Origin: Balanoglossus misakiensis
Lineage: Eukaryota; Animalia; Hemichordata
Direction of reading: 5' to 3'
NCBI GenBank assembly: GCA_040954595.2
Contig: CM082597.2
Location: 9,889,778-9,953,777, forward strand
DNA: 64,000 nt
The translations under genes and the position numbers were made by a program. Under the pieces are notes generated by a model that did not search any database, was not told where the DNA came from, and worked only from the letters and a program-made list of their open reading frames with translations. Below, in pieces: positions 59,692-64,000 of this stretch (position 1 is the stretch's first letter; every line of letters starts with the position of its first letter).

Positions 59692-60050
59692 GTGAGTTCA
59701 GATTTGCGATCTTAAAGTCTTGGCTAGTTGCATTGTTGGGACTCCTTCCTACAACCAGCTGGTGCTGGGATCGTAATTGCATATACTCCTCTCTGTCTTT
59801 TCAAGTCTTGAGTCATGAGTGTTAATAGGGATTTAAGTTTTGTATCCTACATTGAACTTTGACATCGATCCTGTGGAAACAAGTCATTCATTGTGTGACC
59901 CATTCCAATAAACAATGAATCTTGCTCTACAAGTACATGTATGTCGAGAATGTGGCCGTTTTCGCCCCCTAATCCTATAATTTCACGTGTTTTATACAGT
60001 CAAGTTTGGATGGCAGTGTGGTCGCTGGGTTTGCACAATTATTGTTCTTA

Positions 60051-61770
60051 GGGACTGTCCAGAATTTACTTCCGGGGGGCTGGAGGATTTTCAGGGGGGG
60101 GGGGCACCCATTTTCCCCAAGAAAATTTAGGGGGGGGGGCCAGACATAAAAATCGCAATCCTTTAGGGGGTGCCATGTTAAAAAACTCTCACAAACTCAA
60201 TATTTGCCCAGAAGTACTGATTTATTAAATCTTCATAAGCTGGAATTTCCGGTATTTTTTACGGTGGTTTATTTTGTATATCTACTACAGTTTCTTGTTC
60301 TACTACTCTGTGAAGCATAATAAAATGTCAAACTTATTTGGCCTACCAGCACAGACCATATATGTACAGTGAACATATATGTCAGTGTTGTTACTGTTGA
60401 TAACTGAGCTCAATTCAAGTCCAGTCCTATTTACTTTTCTATGACAAAAGATACCAGCAGCTAGTGAATGTGATAAATTAATTCTATATTTTTTTAGAAT
60501 AAAGCATAGTATGATTGGGGTATTTTGTGGAGTGACTGTGAATAAAGTAAGACATAATAAATCACATTCATTTTACTTGCTAAAATATGGTAGTCAGGTA
60601 TTAAGAATCCCGATTTAAAGCCCTACTAGCCATAACTCTTGCAAAGTATTTGTCGATTTCTTTTCTATTTTGTTCAAAATTGCACAATATATAGGCAAGA
60701 ATCTGATTCCTACAAACTAAAATAATACACAATATTTATTTTTAAAATGTCTTTTTGTTTGCAGTCTGAATCATGCTTGTCTACAATTTTTGTGAGGCTC
60801 AACATAGTCGAATTTGCAATTTCTGTCTCATTGAAAAGATATTAATGACACCCTGCTTTCTGGTGATATTAAACTTAAAGAGACATTAGCTTTAACTTCT
60901 GTATGTTTTAGTCCTCTGTGTCAAGTGCACTTTCTTGGTCCAATCCTCAGAGTATGCTCATGTGTAACAGCAGATATTCTGCCTATGATGTACCTATTGT
61001 TTTGATAATAGTACACACACATAAAATTATATTGTTTTGTGCCAGCCAAAAATGTTAGAACAAAGTTTTTAAAAAAACATAAAATTGTGGATGACTACAT
61101 TATTTTTTAATTTACACATTGAAAAACAAGAAACATTTTATTTATGTTTTTGCCAAAATTTGCAGAATATTTTGAAAATACTGTAAAGGACACAATCTCA
61201 TGTTTGATTTGAATTTTCTAAAAAATACTTGATTGTTGATTGTAAAAAGGAGAAAGTAAAATGTGAAATTGTTAAACAATTGATTATTGTCAATTTCCTG
61301 AAACTGTCACACATAACCCATTGAAAAATGCTGTATTGAAAAATATAAAACAAATACTATGTCACTCTGCTTGATAATTAGATACAATGATCATAATTGT
61401 ATATTTTCCTTTGAAAAACCTGATGCAAAAGTGCTGACGCAGCGTTTTTAGACATGGCTTATTTACAACTGAAGTGTTAGTGACAGGAAAACTACAATGT
61501 CAGTTGCCCATTGCTAGGCTTCCCAAAAGTGTGCAACTTGCAGTCCCTGCAAAAACATGATTTTTATGACCACTAATTAACTGTCCCCTGTAAAATTGGT
61601 TATATCAGTAAGTAAATGATCTCTTGATTGTTCTTGCAAAGGGTGATGAACTGTATGTGCCGTAGTCTGTAAGCATGCATGTATATATTGGGGGGGGGGG
61701 GCATGGAAAAAAAAACAGGAAAAAAAGAAATCCTCCAGCCCCACCCTGGAAGTAAATTCTGGACAGTCCC
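60051..61770. mobile_element. PIF/Harbinger-type non-autonomous element
   Basis: TTA|gggactgtccagaatttacttcc ... ggaagtaaattctggacagtccc|TTA. Confidence 0.88.
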
Positions 61771-62464
61771 TTATGCAACATGAATGCACAATAAGAAACA
61801 TTTATTTTATTTTGAGATATGGCAAATACACTTTATGCTGTCCGAAATGACAACACATCAAACTTCTTGAACTATTTGTTCTGTTTTCTCTCAATCATAG
61901 TAATTGCGTACCACATGAACGTGGGTGGAATCCCTGTTTTTGCGGTACATTACGATGCTTCAATGCTTTCACCATTTTACATGGAGTGCAGCAGTGTGTA
62001 GAATGTAACTGCAAAGGAATTCTCTGCAGACTTTATTATACACAACTTAATTATCATTCTCAGTCTTATCTCACTTTATGAATATTTATTGGATTGTCAC
62101 AAGTAATCCTAACAGGAAAAATGCCCCCCCCCCCTTTTTTTTCAAAAATGTCCCAAAATCCATGGGCCAAAATGCCTCTCAACTCTCTGCTCTTAGATGC
62201 AACACTATGTATGTATGTGTGTTCACCCATGTACTGTTACATACTGCTATGCATTTACCGTACTGTAAATCAGGTTATTTTCGCGACGGGAAATTTTCGC
62301 AATATCGAAAGAGGCATTAATTTTCGTGTTTTCATCTATCACTAACTGCATCATTATCTCCGAAAAACATTTTAAGCGACTTTATTTTCAAGTTTGTTTT
62401 GGCTCTTGCGTATTTCGCGGAAATTGTTTGCTCACAAAAATAGCCAGTTTTACCGTATATACAT

Positions 62465-62523
62465 GTATGTTATGTATGTATGTATGTATGTATGTATGTA
62501 TGTATGTATGTATGTATGTATGT
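62465..62523. repeat. (TATG)n microsatellite
   Basis: Direct inspection. Confidence 0.95.
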
Positions 62524-62915
62524 ACATTTTTATGTGTGTGTATGCGTGTGCCAGAATTATGTGGAAAATGTCAATTATGGTTATATATTTTTAAAAATCC
62601 ATTTTAAAGTACAAGTGTACGTGTTCATCTGTTTTTGTTGCAATTTGGTTTGTGTGGCCCAAGGAATGTTACCATAACATGCCAACAAGATGGTGGTTCA
62701 AATATCAATGTTGTATTTCGGGAGATGATATGTACATGTATTATGCATGTCACTTTTTATATATCAATTTTGATCAAATGGGAGCACATTATTGTTATCA
62801 AAGCAAGATAGTGAGCAACCTCAGGCAGTTTAATACTGAAAGGAATTTGTACGGTTTGGAGGATATCATTTGTATGAAAATGTGTCCCTGAAATGCATAC
62901 TTCCTTAATCTACAG

Positions 62916-63050
62916 ATTGAAGGGCTTCTTGATGATCAAGATTTCCGTGCCAAAATAACAAGAGCTGAATTAGAGGAAATGTGTGCAGACATATTTGCTC
63001 GTGTTGGAAATCCAGTAAGAATGGCTTTAGAGATGTCTGAAATGACATTG
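62916..63050 (+). CDS. HYOU1: HYOU1 coding exon 9 (gene continues beyond window)
   Basis: ctacag|ATT...TTG|gtaagt; IEGLLDDQDFRAKITRAELEEMCADIFARVGNPVRMALEMSEMTL; 135 nt. The nine exons total 1110 nt = 370 aa with no stop. Confidence 0.96.
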
Positions 63051-64000
63051 GTAAGTATTCATAGTAACTTATTGTATCATGTGGCAGTTCTAATGCCTTG
63101 TTCTAACTGTAACATTTTCAATGGTGTAGCAACATCCCAGATACGACTCGAGTCCGACTGAAAAAATCTGTGACAGTGGTTTGCGACAGTGCTGAGCAGA
63201 TGTTAATTTTTGACGGGGATGAGGAGTGGTTCAGGGCTGGACCTCTGACGTAAATATACAGTGAGAACACACAGCACCACTATGTTAGTTGTTAGTAGTT
63301 TCACCTTTGACCTCACTACCCTCAATGCTTTGCCTGTGGTGTAGTTTTCTCTCTCTCTCTGCTCGTCCGCCATCTTGTAACTAGCGGTATAGTGCGTTCG
63401 TAATAAAACCGTTCGTGTTATCGACCTTACGTGCCTGGTTGTAGTGGTTGTAGTCTTTGCTGGTGTCTGACAACACAGTGGTTGTGTCCACATTGGCGCA
63501 GATGAACTAAATCCTTTCAAAAGCACCACCTTATGGCGACCTTTGGGCATGTTTATGAGGCAATCTATTACATTTGGTCAGTTTCTATTGTGAAGTCAAC
63601 GATGACAGACGTAAACACAGCATCTGCATGTGTAAACAACTGGTCGGAAGATGAGGTGAGGATTTTGCTCAGACAAAAACAAAGGAAAAAGAAAAGACGA
63701 TGATGCGACCATATGGCCAAGATCCTGTAGTGTATGCCAAATTCAAGGTCCTAGGCCATGTCAATTTTGAGAAGAAGATTTTTATAATATTTTTTCCGTA
63801 TTTTTTATGGCCTTTTGACCAAGAAATTGGCCTATACTTTCCATAGTTAGGCTATGCATGATCACCTTGAATTTTTGAAAATAAACCCAATATCTCAAAA
63901 TCTGCTCAGCCAATCTAAACTTCAAATTTGGTGTGCAGCTAGCCCACCTTCAATCTGAATAAAATCAGAGGTAGGGTAGGGCGACGCCTTTTACTTGCGC

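Noticed and set aside
1-64000. tRNA, rRNA or intronic snoRNA genes
   Set aside because: No cloverleaf, rRNA or convincing C/D or H/ACA signature recognised by eye; a covariance-model scan would be needed to exclude them.

Overview
This is AT-rich, repeat-dense eukaryotic DNA, probably from a marine invertebrate (inferred from gene structure and TE types). The only host gene I can support is the 5' part of HYOU1 (GRP170/ORP150, an ER Hsp70-superfamily chaperone) on the + strand. Nine coding exons between 20541 and 63050 splice in frame through GT-AG sites into 370 aa, and the gene continues past the window. Almost everything else is transposable-element material. It includes a young 5'-truncated L1/Tx1-type LINE, two decayed L1/Tx1 copies, an L2-type LINE nested in an older one, four nested Helentron/DINE-like elements, and many non-autonomous DNA transposons with readable TIRs and TSDs. 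The most striking unexplained pattern is a set of sequence-unrelated hairpin cassettes. They share strand-specific tandem G.A mismatches and GNA/GNNA mini-loops, and they insert into one another's TA-rich junctions, which suggests a folded single-strand, tyrosine-recombinase (Crypton-like) substrate. Also visible are a TE-mediated inversion with a displaced TSD, a fold-back duplication at a LINE 5' junction, and repeated TA to TACATGTA excision footprints. All coordinates were counted by hand, and family assignments rest on terminal and TSD signatures, not database searches.
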